64,000 nt of DNA from the human T2T-CHM13v2.0 reference genome, Homo sapiens. The translations under genes and the position numbers were made by a program. Position 1 is the stretch's first letter. Every line of letters begins with the position of its first letter. The notes under the pieces were generated by a model. The model searched no databases. It was given only the letters and a program-made list of their open reading frames with translations, and was not told where the DNA came from. Location of the stretch: NCBI RefSeq assembly GCF_009914755.1, contig NC_060940.1; one strand, written 5' to 3'. Below are positions 50,096-62,543 of the stretch, piece after piece.

Positions 50096-50335
50096 CAGAG
50101 TCCATGCCCACCCCACAGAGTCCACGCCCACCCCAGAGTCCATGCCCACTCCAGGCAGAGTCCACGCCCACCCCACAGAGTCCACGCCCACCCCAGAGTC
50201 CATGCCCACTCCAGGCAGAGTCCATGCCCACCCCACAGAGTCCACGCCCACCCCAGAGTCCATGCCCACTCCAGGAAGAGTCCACGCCCACCCCAGGCAG
50301 AGTCCACGCCCACCCCACGGAGTCCACGCCCATCC
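50096..50335. repeat. Minisatellite in intron 2: 12 units of CAGAGTCCAYGCCCAYYCCA-type, organised as a 60-bp (20+18+22) higher-order repeat
   Basis: Lines 50101, 50161 and 50221 are nearly identical. Confidence 0.95.
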
Positions 50336-53300
50336 TAGGCCACGGCGCCGCTTTTCAGATGCCTGTTTCGCTCTGGCCATCTAATGCCTGGGAACCGTGA
50401 TGGGGCAGGAATTTGGGTTTGGGGGTTCTGGCGGCAACCAGATGGCACTTTTGGACCACCAGCAGTGTCTGTCGGTCTTGGAAACTCATGAAGGAGTGGG
50501 CCCTTTGCTTAGAGCTGCCAACCTCACACCAGAAGTAAAAGCTTTTTCCAACTCCACAGGCGGGGAAAGACCCTGAGAACTGTCCCCAGCACAGGGCTGT
50601 GGCTGCCCTGGCCTCTGTCCATGCGTCTGACGAAGGGCACCGGGAGGTGAAGGCCGCGGGAAAACAAGCCCCGCTCCCGTCCTTTGATTCTGTCCCAGCA
50701 CACGGCACCGGCAGAGCCCCAGCTTCCCCAGCCTGTCATCCTCCCGAGGCCGACGGCACAGAAGAATGGCAGGCCCAGGACACACTGAGCTCCCAGAGCA
50801 AGCGGCGGGTCAAGCATCCTTTATCAACTGCGAGGTCTTCGAGGCCCAAAAGAGGTGCCCTGAGTCGCGAAGTACCCACCCTTGGGGCAGCCAACGCCGC
50901 AGCCCTGGCTCCAGGCCCAGGTTGTCCGGAGTGGAGCCACACTCGAGCCTGGCACCAATCTGGGAGCTCCTGAGCGCAATGTCCTGTCTGTCCCTGCATG
51001 ACCCTGAGACTGTCTGAGATGCCTCACAGAGAGATGCCCTGGAGTCCCCCACAGGCAGGCCAGCCTGGAAGCTTCTCTGGAAAGTGAGCTTTGGCAGCTC
51101 GAGGCCGAGCTGTGGCCGACTCCTCCCTTGGTTAACACAGCCTGTACCCAGCTGGGATTCACTTTGAGGCCCTGGGGCTTGCCCTATTTCCTGCCAGGAG
51201 AGCGGGGCCCGAAGCTCCATCCTGTCCCCCAAAACTCAGACGTGGAAGCCCTAACCCCGGTGTGGCTGTACGTGGACATGGGGCCTCTACAGATTAAGGG
51301 TAAGTGGGGTCCTCAGGGTGGGGCCTGATCTGACAGGATCCTTGTCCACACAAGAGGAGGCCCCAGACAGCTCACTCTCCCACAAGGAAACACAGCGAGG
51401 GGGTGTCTAGGAGCCAGGAGGCCGAGCACCCCGCCCAGGGCATCAGGGTCCCTGGCCTGGCGGGGCCTCTCACCGACTCTCCCGCCGGCATCCAGGTAGC
51501 AGGGCCCTGGCACCAGACCCTCTGAAGCTGAGACCCACCCACCCAGGCCTGCTCCGCTCTTGCTGTCACCCCCGGAGAAAGCGGCAGTCAGGGCGTGAGG
51601 TGAGGAAAAGGGGCTGTTGGACCCTGCATGGCAGTGGCTCCCGTGCCGGGGACGCGGTGAGCCTGGCCTCCTCCCTGCAAGGGAGGACAGCCCATTTCCC
51701 AGGGGAAGACACCGAGGCTCAGACACCCTGGCCGGGGGGCGGCAAAACTAGAATCCCAAGGCAGCTGCACATCTAGCACCTGCCCTTGCCCTCTCTCCGG
51801 GAGGGCACCCTAGAAGCCCACAGTCCTGATCTGGGGTTCGGAGAGCAGGCTGGGCTGAGCTCTGCTGGGAGCGCCTAGAAGCCCAGCTATGGGTCCACGC
51901 ACACACTCAGGTGAAGCCAGGCCCAGAAGAAGGAACAGCTCTAAGCCACAGCCCAGGGGGGCTTCTCAGTCCACGAGGCGACCCCTCCACACCCCAGAGC
52001 CACAGACAGCCAAGGTGTGGGTGAAACGTTTTTCTCACCAGAACAGCCCAGCAGCTGGGCATGTGCTGTGACCACTGAGGGGGCCTTTGTCAGAAACATC
52101 GTCTGGGGGCTGGACGCCCCCACCCACAGGAAGAGGAGACCAAGACAGGGCCGCACACCCCCAGCCAGATGAGGGCCAGATGAGGGAGGCGGCACCTCTT
52201 CCTCCAGGAAGCTCCTCAGGAGGGACATCGGGAGGGGCTCAGGGGGCTGCCTTCAAGGAAGCTCAGTGAAGCTCAGAGACCAGTCTGAAAAGGAATGTCC
52301 TCCAGACCTCCACCCTCTCAGGATGGACGTGTTACTCAGGAACTGTCCCGTCAGCTTTTCCCGTAACACATGACACCCCACGTGAACCTCCCAAGAGCAG
52401 ATGGGCCCAGTGCTGTCCACCCGAACGCACCTTGGGAACAGAGGTGTGGGCCTCCCCCCAGCAGCGCATGACCCTGCACACTGCACCCAGGGTCACAGTG
52501 GGGGTGGGGAGGGACCTGCCCACTGCTCACGGCTGTGGGACCTGGGGCAGGGCACCCCACTTCTCTGAGTCTAAGGGGCCCTACTAGCTGAAGAACCAAA
52601 GGAAAACCATCATTTCAAAACTGTCACGTGACACACAAATGCAGGCCCCTGCCCCACAGCCCAGTGGCACACACGTATTTACCGCCTGGGACACGGGACC
52701 GTCCAGAAGTGCCCTACTCATAGGTGTAGGTCACATCCAGGGGTCTCGGCCACCGGGACCCAGGGCCCAGCAGCTCAGCAAAGCCATTCAGCCGGGGTCT
52801 GAGCCCTGCCCAGGGGAAGCATTTTCCCCTCCTGGGGTGAAGGACAGCAAGAGGCACGCCGCCCTGGCAGGCTGCGGCTTTCTTTCCTTTTTGTGGACAG
52901 AGTGAAAGGGCAAATCTTGCTCCAGGGGAATACTGACCTCCAACAGTACAATGTGGGAGGAGAAGGAAAAGAAAGTTTTTATGCAACCTTTTTTTTAAAT
53001 CTGCCCAACTATCCAATCTGTAACTGTTCAAGGAGAGATTAGTTTGTTCTGCCGCTGACGGCTGCAGCCCAAGCAAAGCACAAAGCGCCCCATTGTGTCC
53101 TCCAGGAGGGACGTGCTGCTGCTGCTGGGCTGGGACGGCAGAGCCTGTGCCCTCGCTCCCACCCTCCGCCCTGCAGGCGAAGGCCCAGCCACCCTCTCCT
53201 TAGGCAACAGCCTGCGAGTGGACTCATGGGACGGTGGGTCAGATCTGAACCCTCATGAGTACTGTCTCCCTTTCGAAAAGGCTGGGACTAACTGCAGAAC

Positions 53301-54936
53301 CTCATGTGACACCTAAGCCTGCGTGTCCCCATGCCCCAGCCTAGGGGCAGCCATGACTCCCCCAAGACGCGGAGGAGGCGAGGGCTCCCGACCACTCAGG
53401 CCCCTGCAGAGTCGCCCCTGTCACTCAGCCAGCTGCCCCTCCCAGCCCGCATCTCAGGAAAGGCCCAACCCCTCAGAAGGGCTTTTCTGGTCTGCACCAG
53501 GGCCCCGCTTATTCCCCACTGCGACTCTCCCATTCACGTGCCTATGGCTCTCAGGTCCCCCCATGAGCTCTGGATGCGGGGCCATGTTCTCATTGGGACC
53601 CGGCATAGATGCGGCACACGGGACAGAAGATGGTTCTGCGGATGGCCAACTGGGAAGGGGTGATTACAAACTTCCCTGATGAGGAGGAAACAGGCAAGAG
53701 GCTGTACGGTCAGCCAAGGCCTACGGGACCCTAGGGCCAGTGCCTTTCCATAGCACAGGGCCCACCTGGGGGCCAAGGGCAGCAAGGAGGAGCCTTTTCA
53801 GCCCCAATGGAGCAGGGCACCCAGGGTGCGGGACAGGCAGGAACAGGTGCGTGGGCCAGGCCTGCTCTGCCAGATTTTCGATGCATTCTCCAGACCCGGA
53901 AAGGGCCACTTGCCAGTCGTTGCAAAATTGAGGCCGGAGTCTCTGCCTTGAAGTATCTGGGGGCGCTGCTGCCAGGTGCCAGCGAGGGGAGGGGGCAGCT
54001 GCCCAAGGGCTTTGCGTCCACTGGGGGTATAAAGTTGGACAACTGCTTTGGGAGAAAGGGGTCAACACAATGTATCTTCTAAAAGCAAGGCATTCATCTG
54101 GTAACAAAATAAATCTGTTGAAGCCAAACAGGAGACAGGAATTCTGCAGACACTGCACTGTATCCCAAAGCTCAGAAGGGAATTGCTGGGGGGAGCACGG
54201 TGGGAGGACGCTTTCAACAGCTAACGGAATTATAAACCTATTATGTATTCAAGTCGAACAAAAGCTCTTTGCTTTCCCTACCGAAATTTGTTTTTACAAA
54301 AATCACGTTCCCCTCCTAAATCTTTCCTGGCTATCTGATGAGCGCAGCCAAGCAAAGGCCTTCACGAGCAAAGCACCCCTTCCGTGCCCACTTCTGGGAG
54401 GCACAGGATGGATTTGTCTCCTGCCCGTAAAATGTCACTCAGGCCCAACCACCTCCCTGGGCAACTTCTGAGTGCCCGGGAGCCATGGAATGAGCTCGTC
54501 TTGCCTTGAGTAAGGTGCCGGAACCTGAGGTCCCAGGAAGGTTCAGAATTGGGACTTCCTGCCAGCCCTGTCCTGCCAGCTCTTGGGTGGCTCTGGTACC
54601 CCGGGCGACTCTGAGAATCCCTGGTCAGACACATGCATGGGGGATGGGCTCGAGCTCCTGAAGGATTGACCTGGGCAACCTTCCAGAGCCACCTGGGAAT
54701 CAAGTGGGACTTCCCCTCGACGATGAGGCAGGTAACTAACACCTGCTGCAGACTTTGTACAGATTGATACATTTGATAAAGACAGTCTGGCCCCAGCCCC
54801 TGGAGCTCGCCTCGCTGTGGTGAGGTCAGTATAGCCCGGCACTGCATCCCCCTGCAGGCCCAGGTTACCTGCTTGGTGTGGAGACCCCTCCCCAGCTGCA
54901 GCCAGCCTTTGTCCTAAGGCGAAGTGCCACGTACAG

Positions 54937-54950
54937 CCAGCAGGGGGCGC
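54937..54950 (+). promoter_or_regulatory. CTCF core motif in intron 2
   Basis: CCAGCAGGGGGCGC is a near-ideal CTCF consensus. Confidence 0.65.
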
Positions 54951-56514
54951 CAGGAGCAAGGCGGAGGCTCAGCTAAAGCTGCGTGCTGGGTGCTGGGTGC
55001 TGCGGGGCACTGTTCAGTTCACAGCCCACCAGTGGCACGGTGCACACAGGAGAGCCTCCCAGCCCTGAGGCAGGGCCCCACACAGGAGGAGGCAGCGTCC
55101 TTGTGTCTGCATGTTTTGGCCTGGCCGTGCATGGGGGCGGGGCAGCTCACAGCTTGCTGGGTGAGGACCTTCCTGCCTCTAGGAGCAAGGTCCTTGCCCT
55201 GTCCTCTGCAGCCCTGGGGTCCTACCTGCCTCCCCTACAGCCATGTGGGACCAGGCAGCCTCTCTGCAGCCATCGGTGACTGCGAGTCACCAGAGCGTGC
55301 ATCCGCCGGGTGCCTGCACTCAGCGAAAGCTCCACAGCTCCAGGACTGGGATCATCTCTACCTGAGGCTCTGGGAGAGAAGAGAAGGAGGCCAGCTCCTA
55401 ACTGCTCTGCTCCTAGGCTGGCTCCAACATGGATGGAGACAAACTCAGAAGGAACTGCAGACAGAGGCATCCCTGCTGGACTCAAGCAACAGGGCCCCCC
55501 ACTTCAACTGTACCCAACCACGGGTGGGATCCAGTGCCAAGGACAGTGTGTCCCAGGGTCTGTGACCACACAAATGGGAACTGCTTATGAAACCCCAGCC
55601 CGACCTCACCGCGGAATGGCAGTGTGGAAAGGGTGGAGGCTCTGCAGGCAGACACAGAACACAGATCTATGGAGTGTGTGTTAAAGGGTCCAGAGACACC
55701 CAGCAAAATACCAACTGTGTCAGTCCACGTCGACAGAGAACACAGGTGCAAAGGGGCGGGGGCTGTTTCACACTCACTCTCTTTATTCCTTCTACCAGCC
55801 CCAAGAGAAAAAGCAGCTGGGAAAAAGGCTCAGAATCAGTGATTTCCCCAAGATCACACAGCACAAGACCAAAGTCTGGGCCAGCCAGCCTTAAAACCTG
55901 TGCGCCAGACTGCTCTCACCTGTTCCCGAATGCTAACAGTGGACACGTCTGAGTGATGGGGTTACCACGTTTGTTTTGTTTTCCATGCTTACCTCATCTT
56001 CTTTAAAAAGCAGACAGAAACACAGAGACAATCCCACACCTGCCCATGGAATGATGAATGAATCACAGCATGACCAGGAGCATGGCCCCGTCGGGGGTGG
56101 GTGAGGGGCGACAGCACGTGGGACTCTGACAGACCCAGGGTGAGATGGCTCGGGTGAGGTCTGCATGGCAGGCATAGCCCCTGCCAGGCCTGGAATGTTC
56201 CACATCGCCCCCAGGTGAGGTTACAACGCATCAGCTGGGCTCTCAAGATTCACAGACATCGCAGCGTAAAAAACAAGAAAAACTGCCAGAGCCCCTCCCA
56301 GTGGTGGCCACGCTGTCCCACGGGAGCACTCCTGTGTCCCCCTCTGGGTCGGATTTCACTTGCTGGGTGATTTTCCCAGAGGGAAATCTCCACGTTGTAC
56401 AGCACTGCAGAGCTGCGGACTGGGAGGCACCCGGGGACGGGACCTCATGCCCTGTGAAGGACACACAGGCAAAGCCTCGAGGGGCCGCCGGTGGGGCCTG
56501 GGGGACGTACTCAC

Positions 56515-56640
56515 CCTTCCCGATCTGGACGAAGCCCAGCAGGATGATCAGGGCCAGGGCCAGGAGCTTGGCGGCGGCAAAGGCATCCTGGACCCGGGTG
56601 GCGGCCTTCACGCTGTAGCAGTTCACGGCCGTGAGCAGCA
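56515..56640 (-). CDS. SLC7A5: SLC7A5 (LAT1) exon 2, 126 nt, codons ~180-222
   Basis: Translates [42 protein letters not shown](G), including K204. CAG acceptor at 56641-56643, GTGAGT donor at 56514-56509. Exon 1 is upstream, outside the window. Confidence 0.98.
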
Positions 56641-57420
56641 CTGTGGAGACAGAGGGCAGCGGTGAGTTCCACGGGCAGACAGACGCCAGCTCAGGGGTAG
56701 GCTGGGAGGTGACGACCCCACCCCCACCCCAGGGCCAGGTCCACCAGAAAAACAAGCTCCTTAAACAGCTCCAGTCCCCTGCCAGCCCTTAGGGCACGTT
56801 CTGACTTTCTGAGACCTGTTTTGATAAACTTCGCAGTCCTTTCAGGTCTAAGGGCTGGATCCCAGGTGCCCCTTAAGATCTGCAAGGGACCTTTCCTCAC
56901 CCCCCACCACACCAGGCCATGGAGTCCCACCTGTAGTCAGGACTTCAAGTGGGGTCACTGCCTCCAGAGACCCAGGTGAGCAAGGTGACCCTGCCACTTG
57001 GAAGGCGCCCATTACACCTTTTTGTACCTACTCAGCACCCTGACCTGACTGTGAGACCCACGCACAGCCCGACTGCCGGACTCCATGAGGGCGGGGCCCT
57101 TTCCTCAAAGAGGATCTTCTGTGGATTCCAACAGAAGTGGGGTGTCCCGCTTTCCCGGAACTACCTGGCCAGTCACCTGGGGACGGCAGCCTGGGAGGGG
57201 CCACAGGGGCCTGTGGTGAGCAGAGCAGACCCTGCTGCCCTGCTGCTTTGGGGGCATACGATGAAACCCAAAATAGCACCGTGTGCTTCAGAAGCCTGAG
57301 TGACCCCACACAGATGGCCAGAACGCCTGCCCCAGGAGGCGCTGAGACGTGGGGTCAGGCACGCTCAGACAGGTCTCCAGACACCAGCACGTCCTCCTGG
57401 GCCCTGTAAGGCACCCAGCT

Positions 57421-57426
57421 CTGAGC

Positions 57427-57477
<51 letters not shown>

Positions 57478-57582
57478 GGGGGTTCTGTTGCAATATATAG
57501 GCACGCTGAGCCACTGTGTGTGTGTGCGTGTGTGTGTGTGTTTTGGGGGGTTCTGTTGCAATATGTGGGCACGCTGAGCCAC
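57421..57582. repeat. (GT)23 microsatellite within a duplicated unit, intron 1
   Basis: Unit ctgagcc(t/a)c(GT)n-ttggggg-ttctgttgcaatat-ggcacg occurs twice, plus a partial third copy. Confidence 0.92.
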
Positions 57583-58529
57583 TATTCAGGGATCTGTGAG
57601 CTGGTGGGGAAACAGCCACCCCCACAACTTAAAATGAAGTAAAATCATATTAATCCCGAGGCACTGACTCCACGACACCCCTCACTGCCTGCTGCACTAC
57701 CCTTCACTCCTCTGCTCACGAGGTTATCTGTCGCTGTCAGCAGCTTGAAATCTGCCAGTGGGAACGTCTACACCCCAGAAGTGGGCAAAGGCCCAGCACG
57801 GGCCACCCACACAGCTCAGATCTCACAGCCCTCCCGGCACCGCACCACTAAGACTGCAGGAAGGTGAGAGCATCAGAAAGGCCGTGGGCTCCTCTTCTCT
57901 CTTTCCCCTTGGGAGTAACGCTCAGAAAGGTCTGGCCAGCCAAGGCCTTGAGGACTCCAGTGGCTTTTCCCCAGCTGAACAAATCCTGTGGAATCTTACA
58001 ATGTAAGCAACAGACCCCGAGGAAAGACATCCATGCTAATTAACTAATGACACCGGAAACGTCCTGAGGTGCGGGACGGGCTGCCGCCTGCCTATCTCTC
58101 AGAAATTAACCACCCCGCTACAATTCTGTGGATGCCAGAGCGGAGACGGCTACTACACACCAGGAAAGTCTGGTTGAAAAATGTCTGAAAGTCAGTGTTT
58201 TCGCTGCTATTCCTAAAATAAAATACTTGAAATTCCGGAACTTCCACTCCTCACCCAAACTGAAGAGGTGATTCTTCACCTCTTCCCAGGGCTCCCAGGG
58301 ACATGGAGATGTTACCAGTCCAGAGCTCTCCAGTCCAACCCTCAGGGCTCAGCAGGGTCAGGTCAGTGGGTCTAGGCAGCTCCTTGTCCGCTGCACAGGG
58401 CAAGGGGCAGGTCCTGGCTTGCCAGTCCCATTTCCTTATGGTTGGGGGGAGCACGACCATAAAAGAAACTGAGCCTCGGGGACCTAGCCGGCTTCTGGAG
58501 AGCTTTCTGGATTCGCAAGAGGCCGGCTG

Positions 58530-58538
58530 ATTGCATCA
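58530..58538 (-). promoter_or_regulatory. ATF4/CEBP amino-acid response element (AARE/CARE) in intron 1
   Basis: Perfect TGATGCAAT on the minus strand in a CpG-containing intron-1 segment; SLC7A5 is an established ATF4 target. Confidence 0.7.
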
Positions 58539-58654
58539 CTCGCTCATTCATGCCCGGAGGGAGGCGGGGAGTGGGTGTGGCCAAGCCGCACTCGAGGCTG
58601 CCTCTCCCCAAAAGGGAGAGAGGCACGCTGCCACCACTGAACTCCAGACACCAG

Positions 58655-58722
58655 ACAGGCGCTGCGGAGACACTGAGCACTGCCCTCGCGGCTGTCACGT
58701 CTGCGGCTGTCACGTCTGCTAG
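58655..58722 (+). ncRNA. MIR11401: Probable MIR11401 (antisense, intron 1); hairpin bounds approximate
   Basis: TCACGTCTGCGGCTGTCACG at 58695-58714 matches the recalled miR-11401 mature sequence. It lies within a 15-bp tandem duplication. Confidence 0.5.
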
Positions 58723-61700
58723 GGGGTTGGGGGGTCCAGGAAAGGCAGCGAGTTGCCCAGAATTGCCCAACCACGGGCTGTCCTGCCACACTGACGTGGT
58801 GCTGGGTAATGACGCCATCAGGGCTGTCACTGTGGGTGGGACAGAGGCCAGGACCCCCCCGCCCCCCCCCCCACCGCCAGCCTGACCCTGCCTGCCCAGT
58901 TCCAACCCAGCCGCTCCCCAACCAAAAACATTCCGGAGGGGCTGACGGGTGCCACCGGGAGGGTTCACCAGATCATCTCCTGACGTTGGAAATAACCACA
59001 GGACAGACAGGCGGGGGCCGGGTCTTGAAGTCAGGTGGGGAGCAAAATGGCCATAGAACAAAGGGGACCTTATATTTATTCCTTTTATAACAAGAACATA
59101 AATTTTCATGTTCACTGACTTTGGGTGATGAGTAAACAAAGGTTTCATTATTCTCCACAGTGTCCTTTTTTTTACGTTTTAAGATGAGATAAAATCTTAA
59201 ACAAATACATGAATTCATCTGGGTTCAGTACCTTTCGACCTTAAGGAGGCGAGGCAGTCACAGGATAAGTATGGGGTTTGAACCTCAGTCCCTGCTGGCA
59301 CCTGCCCTCTCCCAAGCCTCAGTGTCCACACCATGGAGGGGCTGCTGGCTGCCCCCACAGCAGGGAGATCGACAGGGCTGTGCCCTGAGTCAGAGTGAGG
59401 GGGCTGAGCACACAGGGCCAGCCACCCCCAGATAAGTGTGGCCGCGCCAGCCTGCGGGGACAGCTGGGCCAGGAGATAAAACCCGTCCGGGGATACCCCG
59501 TGGCGTGGCTTGGCTTGATTGGCAGATAGCCGGGCAGGCTGAGCTGGGGGCCCCTCCCAGTCTGGGGTGCTGTCTTCCCCGTCCTCACCTGGCTGCCTCC
59601 CACCTGGCTGGCTGGCAGGGGCTCCAGAGGAGCTGGGGTGCCTTGGGGGCAGTGCATTGGAGGAACCCCTGCCCTCCTCCTCCCTTCACCTGTGTCTCCA
59701 CCACCCTTCAGGGCCATCAGCCACAGAAACATCCTCATCTTCGGGTGGGCATTGACAGCAAGGCCCACAGCCCGGTGAAGGAAGGACAGCCCTGGCCATA
59801 CCCAGAGCCAGCGCCAGGGCCTTGGCCAGGACACCTGTCACAGTGAGGCCCAAGCTGTGGTCCTGGTCCTGACTCAAAAGCCACTTCAGATACCCTGAGG
59901 CTCACGCAGGAGGGACTGGGGACGCGGCCAGCCCATTTCTCCTCAGGACCCTGGGGTGGGCACCAAGGCCTCCCACTGCTCTCGCCACGTGCCCTGCTGC
60001 TCAGAGCTGGGGCGTCCCGGGGAGGTTGCCACCACCCAGCATGAGGTGGGGGACACCCCCACCCCCTTGTGCCTCCCCATCTCTGGGGTGGGGCCGGCAG
60101 TGATACTGACCTCAGAGACCATGCAAGAAGGCACCTGAACAGGGAGGGCCCACAGACGGGACAGGTGCATACTGCTGGCTGGGCCCACAGACGGGACAGG
60201 TGCATACCGCTGGCTGACCCCCCAACTCTGCTCAATCACACACGTGCACACACACGCACAGCACCCCCACAACTTGTAAACCAGGAGGCTGCCTTCTCCT
60301 GGCCCCTGGCCTTACCCCTCTCCCCTCGGGGGGATGACTCTCTGAGGTGCCTCCCTGCCTGATGCCCGTGAACGCTCACCTCTGCGGCAGCCGGCTCTGC
60401 TCACCTCCCCTGATGCTGGCATCTTGGTCTCCTGGCCCCAACTCTGTCCAGCTCCTGATAAAATCCCGCTACAAGCAAAGGGATGATCCCCCAGGGTCCA
60501 GTGTTGGAGGAGAGGGGTGGGGGAAGGGCCAGTAACAGGTGTGTTCAATATGGAGAGCAGGTGGGACCTGTGGGCCCCGGCTGGGTGGGGACCCCGCAGG
60601 CCCCATGAACCCACCCCACACGGACTAATGCCTGATTCTTTCAGGTAATAAACATGTACCAGGTACAGGAGCATCCGTGGATAGGGTTCAGGGTCAGCCA
60701 CAATGAAAATCCTCTCTGTTGGCCACAGAGGCTGCTCCCTGGGCTGCCGGTCCTCACCTGCCCCCGAGCCAGGCACAGCAGTGAGTCCTGCAGGGCTCAG
60801 CACCTTGGCCTGTCTGTAAGTGGGAGTATCCAGTGAACATGATCCTCCCGGGCCCCTTCGAGCCCAAACACAGCCACTGTGAGTGCCCCAGGCAGGCGTC
60901 CAGCCCAGGCAGGCATCCTGCAGTCCCTTCTGTCATTTTCAGACCCAACAGAAACAGAAGTGCTCCTGCCAGGCCCCCGAGGACTGCCTCCAGGAGTCAT
61001 CTGTAATGACAGGCTGTGTTCCGCGCACGGTTTCAGAGTCTGTCCAGAGGGCCAATGCTGGGGCTGGGGCAGAGATGGTCCAAGGCCTGTGAGCTGTGCA
61101 GCTTTATAGGCAAATGACGATTGTTTACCCAGAACTGCCTGCTGGAGACAGCACAGAGGAAGTGGCCGGCAGCTTCATCAGTTCCAGGAAGCCCAGGCAG
61201 CCTGGTCCCCCAGGGTGCACCGGGCACAGCAGTTCGCACGGGGCCGGAGAGCGGCAGCTGACCACAGCAACTACAGCTGGCCCGACACCGGGCACAGGTA
61301 CCAGCCCAGCCCAGTCCCGCCCAGTGCAGCCTGTGGCCCCTAGCGGAGCCAGCACCTGGCAAACCTGACACCCAGCCTTGGAGCTTGGGCCCCCCTCTGC
61401 AGCTGGCTGGGGCTCCTGAGACAGCTTCTTTGTCGGAATCCACTCGGTACGCACAGGGCCCCGAACTTGGTGGCTGCCCAGTGCACATGGGGCTTTAGTA
61501 GAACCAGTACCTTCCTCCCTGGCCCCTTCAAGTCTAAATATCCCCTGCTCTGAGTACAAGCCTCCACCTTCTCCACCGACAGACAGCCCCCACCATCTCC
61601 CGTGTCATCCCCCGGGGGAACTTGTAAAAGCAGTGGTGGGGGAGGCGGATGGAAACCCAGAGCTTCTGATCAGGCAGGTCCGGGAGATGGAGACAACACA

Positions 61701-62014
61701 TCTGCACAGAACAAGGTCCCAGGGAGGCTGGTGCTGCCGGCCTGGGGAGCGCCCCCAGCACAGGCGCGTGCTTCCCTGATGGACACGTCACCGCCCCTGG
61801 GCTCCAGAAAATGAATGTGTCTGACCCAGTGACCCCTGTCCTCACCCAAGGCCAACCTCACCCCAGAATGGGCTGGAATGCCAAGCCTGCCCATGCCGGC
61901 TCCAGATCCACCTGCCTCCCTGCCACTGCTGGCCAGAGAGAGAGGTCAAAGTGGTCCGGAAACCCCAAGGAAAATGAAGCAGTTCCGGGGCAGGGAAGCA
62001 AAGGCAGCGTTCAC

Positions 62015-62543
<529 letters not shown>

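Noticed and set aside
50096-50335. Repeat array as a CRISPR-like locus
   Set aside because: Contiguous tandem units with no unique spacers, in human intronic DNA.
49974-50400. ORFs in all six frames with repetitive peptides
   Set aside because: Produced by the stop-free 60-bp VNTR.
58372-59148. 258-aa minus-strand ORF in intron 1, and similar 200+ aa ORFs at 8901, 11301, 27773 and 54924
   Set aside because: No recognisable domain; P/G/A/S-rich composition expected by chance in GC-rich DNA; many begin at non-ATG codons.
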